IMG/VR virus record: IMGVR_UViG_3300011934_000017
Location: 1 to 64,000 of that record
Length of the DNA: 64,000 nt
Strand: one strand, 5' to 3'
In this document: one piece after another, positions 9,271 through 17,800 of the stretch
Numbering within the stretch: position 1 is the stretch's first letter
Layout of the letters: the number at the start of each line of letters is the position of its first letter
Notes under the pieces: model-generated
Database searches by the model: none
What the model was told of the DNA's origin: nothing
What the model saw: only the letters and a program-made list of their open reading frames with translations
Made by a program: the position numbers and the translations under genes

Positions 9271-9278
9271 CTAAATAG
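9271..9278 (+). promoter_or_regulatory. Putative late promoter, TAAATA motif
   Basis: ctaaatag just upstream of the RBS of 9291. Confidence 0.45.
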
Positions 9279-9290
9279 AGAGGTAATTAT

Positions 9291-10868
9291 ATGGCCCACG
9301 TTACTTTAAGGCTGTTTGAATCGACAGCCATTTCTAAACCCAGTAGGATGCATTCAGACAAGAAAGCCAAGTCTAAAAAGCATATTGGTAATCGGTTTAA
9401 ACGATTGACCAAAGCTCAGTTTCTTGATCTGGCTACAAAAGAGCAGGCTCGATACCTTGATCACTTTCCTAAGTCTAGTCATAGAAAGCTAGTAGGTTCA
9501 AAAGGTAAGAAAGGTAAAGAACAGCCTGCGGTACAACGACGCAAAAACGCTAAGAAGGCCGAACCTGCAAAGCCGAAAGAGAAAGAAAAGCCTAAGAAAG
9601 AACGCATTAAAAAGCTTTCCCGCGAAGACTTTGATAGGCTTTCTAATAAGGAACAGAAGGCATACAAAAAGGCGTTTCCCAAGAACTCCTTTAAGGGAAA
9701 AAAGCATCACGTTGCCAAAAAGAAAAGCATAGTAGAGAAGAATAAGACGGGTGATTCAGGAGAGACCGTACTCACCGGTTCTCCAGATGCGAAGAAAAAG
9801 AAGAAAGCTGAAAAGAAAATACTAAAAGCAGGACGCGATAAAGCCAAGAGTGAACTTCGCCACAGTGTTACTCAAGAATCCGTAGATGCTATCAAAAGAA
9901 CCTCTCCCGGCGATCTTAGGGAAGCAAGCGAGAATCTTAAACGCAATAGAAACGCTAACGTCAAAGCAATAGAAGAAACCTTAAAAGGTGGTTCCGACTT
10001 TGATTCTTTTTCTTCTCAAGAGATAGATAAAATTCAAAGGAACTTGAAACAAGAGTCTGAGAAAGAAGACCCCGATCTTCCCGAAGAAACTATAAAGAAA
10101 GGAAAGAAACTGGCCGATCGATTGAAGCCGGATGCGCCTCAAGAGTTAACAGAAGATGAACTTCGCGTTATATCTGATATTCACCCTAAGCGCAAAAAGA
10201 AAGAGCGCTTCTGGCAGAAAGACTTGAAGGTACTCAAGGGTCTTGTCACAGGCGAGAAAGTAGAACCAGAAGGTAGAAGTAATGCGATGTTGGCGCTGGG
10301 TGTTGTAGCTCGCTATGCTTTAATTGCTGGTGCTGTTACGGCTGTTTCTATGGGCGCAGCGCCTGCCGCTTTGCATATAGCACAATCGCTGTTTGAACAG
10401 TGGGATTCCTTTAATGTTTCTGCTTCTACTGATCTTTTATCGGATGATGAAGAGAACGAGGAAGACGAAGAAACACGGAATACCATAGGTCTTGCTTATG
10501 ATGCTGTAGCCGACTATCTACAAAACGTGGATCATGAAGAGTTTGTACAGTCCATTGATAGCACGTTCCTTGAGTTTCGCGCAAAAGCTTCTAGCGATCC
10601 ATACCTAATGTCACTTTTGTTAAAAGACTTGTCGTTGGTTGAAGACTGTTGCGAGCTAAACGATGCGGGTGCTTTGGTGTTAGCTGAAGCTGACATAGTT
10701 ATGCAAAAGCTCCAACCTCTTTTGGAGGAAGCTGGCTTCAATCGCGTCAACGATATCTTCTATCGTGGAAATGACGCTGTTGGTGTTTATGCGTCTGGAC
10801 ACAGAAGTAAAATCCTTTCTCTTCCTTCTCCTTCCACTATTGTTGACGATATAATGGAGACACAATGA
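9291..10868 (+). CDS. Lys-rich putative internal head / DNA-binding protein with a hydrophobic segment
   Basis: Very basic N-terminal third; duplicated F..L...EQ..Y...FP motif; hydrophobic LALGVVARYALIAGAVTAV stretch. Confidence 0.65.
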   Translation: MAHVTLRLFESTAISKPSRMHSDKKAKSKKHIGNRFKRLTKAQFLDLATKEQARYLDHFPKSSHRKLVGSKGKKGKEQPAVQRRKNAKKAEPAKPKEKEKPKKERIKKLSREDFDRLSNKEQKAYKKAFPKNSFKGKKHHVAKKKSIVEKNKTGDSGETVLTGSPDAKKKKKAEKKILKAGRDKAKSELRHSVTQESVDAIKRTSPGDLREASENLKRNRNANVKAIEETLKGGSDFDSFSSQEIDKIQRNLKQESEKEDPDLPEETIKKGKKLADRLKPDAPQELTEDELRVISDIHPKRKKKERFWQKDLKVLKGLVTGEKVEPEGRSNAMLALGVVARYALIAGAVTAVSMGAAPAALHIAQSLFEQWDSFNVSASTDLLSDDEENEEDEETRNTIGLAYDAVADYLQNVDHEEFVQSIDSTFLEFRAKASSDPYLMSLLLKDLSLVEDCCELNDAGALVLAEADIVMQKLQPLLEEAGFNRVNDIFYRGNDAVGVYASGHRSKILSLPSPSTIVDDIMETQ

Positions 10869-11209
10869 GTAGAATATCCTATCGCTGTCTTCCTGAAGAA
10901 CGTGGAACCCCAATCTCAGAGAAGTCTTTTTGGCATGTTTATAAAGACGGAACTTGTATTGGCAAAATAGATACAGAAGGTGCTTCAACGATAAGCCCTA
11001 ATCTACGTATTTGGAATCCCGTTCTATTCGAGTCTGAGTTTGATCCGTTTGAGTTTCCTCATGCGGATAGTCGTGAAGGTATGACTGAAGCATTTGTAAC
11101 GACCAACGATGAACCTGAGTATGATCACCAGTTAGAGCTTCAACCTAACACGCTAATGACTCTTCATGAATCCAGAATGTGGATTCGAAATATAACTAGG
11201 AGTGAGTAA
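10865..11209 (+). CDS. Hypothetical protein
   Basis: ATGA overlap with the upstream gene; RBS ggag. Confidence 0.75.
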   Translation: MSRISYRCLPEERGTPISEKSFWHVYKDGTCIGKIDTEGASTISPNLRIWNPVLFESEFDPFEFPHADSREGMTEAFVTTNDEPEYDHQLELQPNTLMTLHESRMWIRNITRSE

Positions 11210-11242
11210 TGTTTCACTCTACCTGTTTAAAGGACACTTCGT

Positions 11243-11986
11243 ATGGCTCTCATGCAATCAATCAGTTTTAGTATCGGTTCGAAGCCTACGGAGCTTCACG
11301 GTATAAGCAATAAGCGACGTGAGGTACGTCTAGGTAAGCAAGCTATAGGTGAAGAGCGCACTATCGACGCTAACCTATGGCTTCCCCGCGCTGCCGAGCA
11401 TTATCACATTAGTCCTAAGCTGAGTGACTATATTCTGGTGCCAGTACCTTCGCTTATTTCAGAGCTTCCCAATACCAATGGTGATGCTGTTACGAAAGAA
11501 GAGTTGATGCGTTTTCATCCAGACGTAGGTATGCTTGCTTATCAAACGTGGCGTGGAAAGCCTACGCATATTGAACATGCTAACAAGGATATCACACAGG
11601 CTAAAGGCATTATCTTTGATGTATTTTTGCGTCGTGTTGCTCCTCAGTACATGGGAGGTCACGTTAAAGTCGTTAAACTCTTGGGCTTTGATCGTACAAA
11701 AGACCCTGTACTGTGCCAAGCTATTCTGGATCGAAAGATCAATACCTACTCGCTTGGTATGTATTTCAAGTCTTATCAGTGTTCCCTCTGTGGAAATGTT
11801 GTTTCGCAAAATGGTGGTCATGCTTGTCAGCACACGCGCCCACGTCGAAAGACATACAAGGCCGCAGACGGTCGTTTAGTCTATCGTCAATGTCAGTCCA
11901 TTATGGGCTTCGAGACAAGCGCTGTTGCCGATCCCGCCTTCGTCTCGGCTAACAGCGATATCATTCTTAATCCTTCTGACCTGTAG
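11243..11986 (+). CDS. Prohead maturation protease (HK97/assemblin-like) with Zn-ribbon insert
   Basis: NxNGD, GKPTHIEH, YSLG (catalytic Ser candidate), CSLCG...CQH, FETSAVADPAF; sits upstream of scaffold and capsid genes. Confidence 0.75.
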   Translation: MALMQSISFSIGSKPTELHGISNKRREVRLGKQAIGEERTIDANLWLPRAAEHYHISPKLSDYILVPVPSLISELPNTNGDAVTKEELMRFHPDVGMLAYQTWRGKPTHIEHANKDITQAKGIIFDVFLRRVAPQYMGGHVKVVKLLGFDRTKDPVLCQAILDRKINTYSLGMYFKSYQCSLCGNVVSQNGGHACQHTRPRRKTYKAADGRLVYRQCQSIMGFETSAVADPAFVSANSDIILNPSDL

Positions 11987-11993
11987 GTGATCT

Positions 11994-12500
11994 ATGCGCC
12001 ACATGATAGCACTAGCTGATGCCAAGTGGGAAATCGGGCCGTACACAGGAAAGAATGGTATGTACTGTGCTGTTCAGCCTGATACGTTGTCTCTCCTCAC
12101 TCTGGTAGAACTGTGTAACGATCTAGGTGTTGTGTCTGATCCACGCAAGTTTCATTGCACGGTCATGTATAGCAAAGAACTTGCACCGGAACTTCCAAAA
12201 GGTTTAGACTTGACAGCAAAAGGCTACATTAATCATATTGAATGGTGGGCAGGGCATGATGAAAAAGGCTATTTAACTGCCTCTATTCGAAGCCCTGAGC
12301 TAGAGTCGCATCATGCTGTTCTAAAAGAGTTAGGTGCTAAACATTCCTACGATTCGTACAGCGCTCACGTAACCTTGACTTCTGGAGTTAAGTTTACAGG
12401 CGCTTTACGAAGGGATGTTATTGGTATCAACAATCAGTTATCTCGGCGTCCTATTCCTGTCGTGTTCGATAGATTCTCGATTAGCGACGTTAAGGACTGA
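11994..12500 (+). CDS. acb1: 2H phosphoesterase, T4 gp57B/Acb1-like anti-CBASS nuclease
   Basis: Two HxT motifs (KFHCTVMYSK, YSAHVTL); GMYCAV, LGAKHSYDSY and IPVVFDR parallel T4 gp57B motifs as I recall them. Confidence 0.75.
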   Translation: MRHMIALADAKWEIGPYTGKNGMYCAVQPDTLSLLTLVELCNDLGVVSDPRKFHCTVMYSKELAPELPKGLDLTAKGYINHIEWWAGHDEKGYLTASIRSPELESHHAVLKELGAKHSYDSYSAHVTLTSGVKFTGALRRDVIGINNQLSRRPIPVVFDRFSISDVKD

Positions 12501-12529
12501 TTTTTTGTATTTTGTAATTTCTTCTCAAC

Positions 12530-12570
12530 GTGACCGGATCGTGTTACGTTACGCGATCTGTGGAGGTCGC
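12530..12570 (+). promoter_or_regulatory. Structured 5' leader of the scaffold gene
   Basis: gtgacc/ggtcgc outer stem, ggatcgtgt/acgcgatct inner stem, 5-nt bulge. Confidence 0.45.
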
Positions 12571-12599
12571 AATCACCAACCTTCATAATAGGAACCGCT

Positions 12600-14618
12600 A
12601 TGAAAAAGTCCAGCGCTACTCTGCGGGGTATCGTGGTCGCAGGTGATTCCCGCGAAGAGGCGGAAAATCACTATCGTGCGGTAGCTACCGGCCTTTCAGT
12701 TCAAGCACTTCAGGACGAGGAACAATCGTTCGTTATCCTGAGCAATGCGGACTCTGAATTGTCGCTCATGAATCCTCTAACGGGGGATATGAGTTTGGTA
12801 GAAGCCAGCGACCTGAATACAGATAGCTTTGAATTCCTTGCCAGTGGCGAAGATGAAAAAGTAAAAGTGTTCTACACCCTGTGCTCTGACGGCTGTGGTA
12901 GTCATATCATTGCCGATGACAGCGAACTCATGGTTCGTTGCCCTGTATGTGCCTCTCAGCTTCAAGACCTGGATGCTGAAGACATTGCAGAATACGAAAA
13001 CGATATTGCCGAATCTTCTGACGATTCTGAATTGGATTATGATGAAGAAGATGATGCCGATGATACCGTCGAATCTTCCTCCGCAATGATCGTTGCCGCC
13101 GATTCCAAAGAAGCTGCTGTTGAAGCGTTTCGTAAGTTGGCTGAAGGCGAAGACTCTCCTTCTGTTTATAACTGCGAATCTTCTCTGGTTGCTACGGCAT
13201 CTGATTCCGACTTCCAATTCAGCCCGTTTACAGGCGAAGCGGCCGAGGAAGAAGACAGCGTAGAGTCATTCGAAGTAGAAGCAAGTTCGGAAGAAGGGTA
13301 CGATGCTCACTACTACGTGTGTGCTTCTGAAGAATGTGGTTCTCATGTTATCGCTTCTAACGAAGATCCTGTATTCTGTCCTGTTTGTGCTTCCGGTCTG
13401 ATTGAGCCTGAAAATCTTTTTGACGCTCAAGCTTCAGATGACGACGAGGAAGATGACGACGAGGAAGATGACGACGATCTTCTGGATGGTCTTGATGACG
13501 AAGATGACGGTCTCGATGATGACGATGAAGCCACCGCTTCTGACGACGACGATCCTTGTTGGGAAGGCTACGAACAACGCGGTATGAAGATGAAAAATGG
13601 GAAGCAAGTTCCCAACTGCGTTGAATCGGGTGGCGACGAGGAAGACGAGGACGAAGACGAAGACCTCGATGACGATGAAGACCTCGACGAACTGGAAGAA
13701 GATGAAGACGACGAGGATGAGGATTTTGACGATAAAAATTCCATGTCCGTTTCGTCTGTACGTATCTTCGATGAAGGTGAGCTAGAGTCCGTATCTACCG
13801 ATCTTCTGTCGTTGGCGAGCGCCTCTTCTGGCGGTCTGGAAGACTCTTATCTGTCTGTTGCATTCGCAGGTGAGCTTGCTGGTACCCCAACCTGGCTTGC
13901 ACTGTACAACGGTCAAATCGTTGCTACCTCTACACCTGAAACAGCGAAAGGTGTTGAGCACAACGTATTCAATTCCGACGTGTACGCTAACCTGGTTCAT
14001 GCTTCTGCCAAAGAAAATGGCGTGAAAGAGGCTCTTGATGAACTCGGATTCAAACCGATTCAAGCTTCTGTGGACGTCGATTCTTATATCCAGGAAGAAG
14101 TCGCTTCTCGCGTAGAAGCGGGCGTTTCTTCTGTTCGTGATAATTTCGAACAGTCCAGCAGCGATTATGCTGCTCGCTTTGAGGCGGCCCTTGCTACCGC
14201 AGCTACTGGTGTAAACAAGAACTTCTTTGACGATGTTAAAAACCCTGTCAAATCGGCTCTTGCCTCTGCCATGAATAGCGTAGGTGTTCGGAACGCAGAT
14301 CGGCTTGTAGCTCAAGCTTTTGCCAAGCACAACGATGAATATCTGAAAGGCTTGGTCGCCAAGGCTTGTGAAATCATGGAATACGATGTATCTGTCCAGA
14401 ATCAACTGACTAAGGCAGTAGCATCTACTTCTCATGAACAGTCGGTAACCGCTTCTTCTGATTCCAGTGATTTGGCTATCGGTCGTCCTGTTCACTCAGA
14501 GCAGCCGTCAGATCAAAGTCAGAATGTGCGTCAAGAAGCCGTTGCGTCTGCGGACTCGAAGCCCAAGGTAAATTTGGACACTGTTCTTTCAACACTCGGC
14601 CGCCGGGGCCGCAACTGA
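12600..14618 (+). CDS. Prohead core/scaffold protein with two Zn-ribbon modules and acidic linkers
   Basis: Two C..C-GSH...CPVC modules; long D/E tracts; helical C-terminus; lies between protease and capsid genes. Confidence 0.7.
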   Translation: MKKSSATLRGIVVAGDSREEAENHYRAVATGLSVQALQDEEQSFVILSNADSELSLMNPLTGDMSLVEASDLNTDSFEFLASGEDEKVKVFYTLCSDGCGSHIIADDSELMVRCPVCASQLQDLDAEDIAEYENDIAESSDDSELDYDEEDDADDTVESSSAMIVAADSKEAAVEAFRKLAEGEDSPSVYNCESSLVATASDSDFQFSPFTGEAAEEEDSVESFEVEASSEEGYDAHYYVCASEECGSHVIASNEDPVFCPVCASGLIEPENLFDAQASDDDEEDDDEEDDDDLLDGLDDEDDGLDDDDEATASDDDDPCWEGYEQRGMKMKNGKQVPNCVESGGDEEDEDEDEDLDDDEDLDELEEDEDDEDEDFDDKNSMSVSSVRIFDEGELESVSTDLLSLASASSGGLEDSYLSVAFAGELAGTPTWLALYNGQIVATSTPETAKGVEHNVFNSDVYANLVHASAKENGVKEALDELGFKPIQASVDVDSYIQEEVASRVEAGVSSVRDNFEQSSSDYAARFEAALATAATGVNKNFFDDVKNPVKSALASAMNSVGVRNADRLVAQAFAKHNDEYLKGLVAKACEIMEYDVSVQNQLTKAVASTSHEQSVTASSDSSDLAIGRPVHSEQPSDQSQNVRQEAVASADSKPKVNLDTVLSTLGRRGRN

Positions 14619-14638
14619 AATCTTTGGAGATTTAAGAA

Positions 14639-15325
14639 ATGATCCAGCAAAAATACACTCGTGTTTTTAGCACTGAGCACCGCCCTGTCGAAACGGGCGT
14701 TATTATTGAAGACGAGGGTATGGCTCTTGTTTTCGTTCGTGAAGGTGATCGTACTGTTGTTCGTCCTTCTACTGGTGCATCCGGTGAAAAACTTGCAGGC
14801 TTCTCGCTTGCTCGTAACTGCCCACCGCAATTCCTTCCGTTCGTTCAAGAAGGTATCGTTGAAGGCGCAGAGCTTGAACTGCCGCGTACTCCGATCGCCG
14901 GTCAAATCCTGGTTCGCATTGACGGTGAAGCTGTCACCGTAGCTGCTTCTGCTGACGCTCCTTCAGCCGCTGATACCGTCAGCCTCGAAGACAACGTTAT
15001 TCGTTTCCACGGCTCACACGCCGGTAAAGAAATGATCGTGCAAATGATGTTCGAGCCGACTGTTACTGAAGCTCGCCAGTATAACGGTGACGCACCTGTT
15101 GGTGGCCTACCGTCTTCTGCACAAGGTGTTATCGGTGTCATTCGTAAGGGTGACATTGCGACTACCTACTACGACGCATCTGCTGATTGGTCAAGCGCCC
15201 TTTCGTGCAAACTTGGTCCGGATGGTATCCTGACTACTGAAGGTCCTGGTACAACTCCGAGCGATATCACTATTCTCTCGACGCCTACTGCGGCAAATCC
15301 TTTGCTAGTTATCAACATCGACTAA
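14639..15325 (+). CDS. Head structural/decoration protein
   Basis: Immediately upstream of the MCP; beta-rich; RBS ggag. Confidence 0.6.
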   Translation: MIQQKYTRVFSTEHRPVETGVIIEDEGMALVFVREGDRTVVRPSTGASGEKLAGFSLARNCPPQFLPFVQEGIVEGAELELPRTPIAGQILVRIDGEAVTVAASADAPSAADTVSLEDNVIRFHGSHAGKEMIVQMMFEPTVTEARQYNGDAPVGGLPSSAQGVIGVIRKGDIATTYYDASADWSSALSCKLGPDGILTTEGPGTTPSDITILSTPTAANPLLVINID

Positions 15326-15326
15326 T

Positions 15327-15357
15327 CAATCTACTCTAAACAAAGAGTAGTTGTTTT
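15327..15357 (+). promoter_or_regulatory. Hairpin upstream of the MCP (attenuator or mRNA-stabilising stem)
   Basis: caatctactct-aaacaa-agagtagttg followed by tttt. Confidence 0.45.
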
Positions 15358-15380
15358 CTGACATAACGGAGATATTATCC

Positions 15381-16481
15381 ATGACAAGTCCGTACAAAGG
15401 CGCCAAGATGGTATTGGCCAACGGAAACCCGATCGAAGACATTCGTTTTGGCAACTCTAACCAACGCGCTCTCGACGGTAAAACTGGTGAGTTTAACGCT
15501 AACGACAAAGGCGAATTGACCCGCGCAATTTCACAGCTAATGGAAGCCGCAGCTTCTGGCCAAATCGTTGAATCCAACGAAGCGACCATGTCTGCTTCTG
15601 AAGAACGTGAAATGCGTCGTGAAGTTCTGGCCTCTGCTCTTAACGATGCTTCCGGTCAAGAATGGGCAGCACTGGGCTCCGGCCTTGCTCGCCAGATCAG
15701 TGAAGAAACTTCGCGTCAAGGCTTCCTGCGTCGTATCTCGCAAGGCCAAACGCTGCGCCAGGGTGAAGTACCGCGTGTTCCGATGCCCGCACACGACAGC
15801 ATTGCAATCGTCGCTACTTCAGCTTCCTCTGTCGGCTACCAGACTATTCGCCAGCGCGTATTTACTCCTGACGAATTTGAAATTCAGTCCAACGTTCGTG
15901 TTGAAAACCTGGATATCGAGCAAGTTAACGGTGACCTACTTGAGCACGCCTATAACGACGGCCTGCAAGCAGTAATGGTTGCTGAAGATAAGCTCTGGAA
16001 AAATGCTGCCGATAAGACTGTCGGTGTCGTGAACGACCTGGAATACATCGCTGGTGAACTGACTACCCGTAACCTGGGTAATCTGCGTCAAGCTGTAGCA
16101 CGTTGGAACCTGCCGGTTAACACTGCCATTATCAGTAACGACTACTGGGCAGATATCATTGGTAGCCAAGACTTCGCTACATTCCTGGATCCGATCACCA
16201 AGTATGATCTTGCTCTGAACGGTCAGATCGGTACTCTGGTTGGTATGCAACTGTTGACTGATGCTTTCCGTCAGCCGAACCAGAAAGTTCTGGGCGCTGG
16301 TGAAATCTACGTTGTTGCCAGCCCTGAGAACCACGCTGCTTACTCTACTCGTGGTGGCATTCGTTCTACTCCGACTTCTGGCGCCAACTCTGGTAACAGC
16401 ACACGCGGCTGGTTCCTGACGGAGCCGTTCAGTTTTGTTTTGGCTAACAGCCGTTCTGTTGCTAAAGGCAAGCGGGTATAA
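15381..16481 (+). CDS. Major capsid protein
   Basis: Start moved to ATG 15381 (RBS ggag); HK97-like size and features (RQGFLRR, TPDEFEI, GQIGTLVGMQLLTDAFR); strong codon bias; position after the scaffold. Confidence 0.85.
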   Translation: MTSPYKGAKMVLANGNPIEDIRFGNSNQRALDGKTGEFNANDKGELTRAISQLMEAAASGQIVESNEATMSASEEREMRREVLASALNDASGQEWAALGSGLARQISEETSRQGFLRRISQGQTLRQGEVPRVPMPAHDSIAIVATSASSVGYQTIRQRVFTPDEFEIQSNVRVENLDIEQVNGDLLEHAYNDGLQAVMVAEDKLWKNAADKTVGVVNDLEYIAGELTTRNLGNLRQAVARWNLPVNTAIISNDYWADIIGSQDFATFLDPITKYDLALNGQIGTLVGMQLLTDAFRQPNQKVLGAGEIYVVASPENHAAYSTRGGIRSTPTSGANSGNSTRGWFLTEPFSFVLANSRSVAKGKRV

Positions 16482-16510
16482 CGCTCCTAACCAAATAGGT
16501 GTTGCAGTGT

Positions 16511-16612
16511 AAAGAGTAAAACGATTCTGTAGAGACAAGGCCGGCCAGCCCTGTTAGTGCCCCTAGCGCTGACTAACCTACAGAGTCGTTCTTTTGTTCT
16601 AGGGGAACTCAC
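16511..16612 (+). ncRNA. Structured RNA leader with a possible loop-RBS kissing interaction
   Basis: 13-bp stem aacgattctgtag/ctacagagtcgtt enclosing a gttagt/actaac hairpin whose loop (cccctag) complements ctagggg at the RBS. Confidence 0.5.
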
Positions 16613-17656
16613 ATGCGAAGCGATTTTTATGTCTATGCACTCCTCGATCCGAGGAAACCCGGTAAGTATCGTTACGGTAAACTAAAGCTTGATTACGAAC
16701 CGTTCTACGTTGGTAAAGGCTGTAAGAAACGAAGCCACTCCCACACTTCGTCTATTAAGAAATCTATTGTTAGAGGAGTTTTAAAGCATTCCTATAATAA
16801 ATGGAAAGAAGGTAAGATTAGAAAGATTTTAGAATCTGGTGAAACTCCTATTGTGCGAATAATTAAGCGGAATCAGATCGAGTCCGAAGCTTTTAGACTA
16901 GAGACTAAAGCAATCCGTCTCATAGGCCGTAAAGGCAAAGGTCCTCTTACTAATCTTACAGACGGCGGTGAAGGTACTTCTGGTAGAATTGCCTCCAAAG
17001 AGACAAGAAGCAAACATACGGCTAATAACATTAAAATGTGGGCTGATTTATCCGAGGCCGATTATATCGCTAGATGTTTGTCTATTTCAAAAGGACATTC
17101 GCGTAGAACGCCTGAAGAACGTGAGGCTCTTCGCGCAAGGTACCGAGAGATTCAAACGAACCTGCCTGAAGAGATAGCGACCAAACGTAGTAAGCGTATT
17201 CGTAAAGCACTTAGAAAATACCGTAAGAGTATGACCGAAGAACAACGTTTAGCCGAATCCGCAACACTGTCTCGCGTCCAGAAAGCAATACGCGCACGGG
17301 AAACGGATGAAGCTAAAGTTGCCAGAAGCGCCGCTATCAAACGCGGATATGCTTCAAAGGATCGAAAGCAGATAGAGCAAAAGAACAGCAAAATAGCTGC
17401 CAAGATTCGCCAACAACACGCAACGGCTTCAGAGTATGATAAGCGTATGCGAAGCTTTAGTGTAATGGTAGGTGTTATGCTTAGGAACTACACGGATAAA
17501 GGCTTGATAGAACAGTCTAATGTTGATCAGATTAAACAACGCCTGCGTAGTTCCGCACAAAAGTTTTATTCTGCTGAATGTAATTTAACTCGCAAGCCCA
17601 ATGTTCTCCGTGAGAAAGCAAGGGTTGTTATTTTACAGTATGGAAGTGCAGCGTAG
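16613..17656 (+). mobile_element. Free-standing GIY-YIG (COG3680/LEM-3-like) homing endonuclease
   Basis: YVYALLDPR...PFYVGKG..R...H, E..LE...I, LTNLTDGGEGTSG, then basic helical repeats; inserted between the MCP and the next head gene. Confidence 0.8.
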
Positions 17657-17658
17657 CC

Positions 17659-17800
17659 ATAAATATCGCTTTGCACGTTGAGTTATTCCCTGAACAGGAG
17701 AAACTTTATGACCTGTTAATACTTAGATTTATGATAGCCTACACTCGCTTACTGTCACGCCCGGGAGTCTAGCAGTGTAGGCATTAGGGGGTTATGCCAC
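17659..17800 (+). promoter_or_regulatory. TAAATA motif plus structured leader for the gene at 17801
   Basis: ataaatat at 17659; aacagg/cctgtt, gcctacact/agtgtaggc and ggcat/atgcc stems. Confidence 0.45.

Noticed and set aside
16511-16612. Known riboswitch or ribozyme (cobalamin, hammerhead, HDV-like, twister)
   Set aside because: The GGGAA and GCCACUG B12 elements, the CUGANGA/GAAA core and an HDV P1 partner are all missing; the twister fit is only partial. Left as an unassigned structure.
16482-17800. Group I intron carrying the GIY-YIG gene
   Set aside because: The MCP ends with a normal stop and the next gene has its own RBS and start, so no interrupted exon pair exists; I found no P7 (GACUA/UAGUC) pairing or S element.
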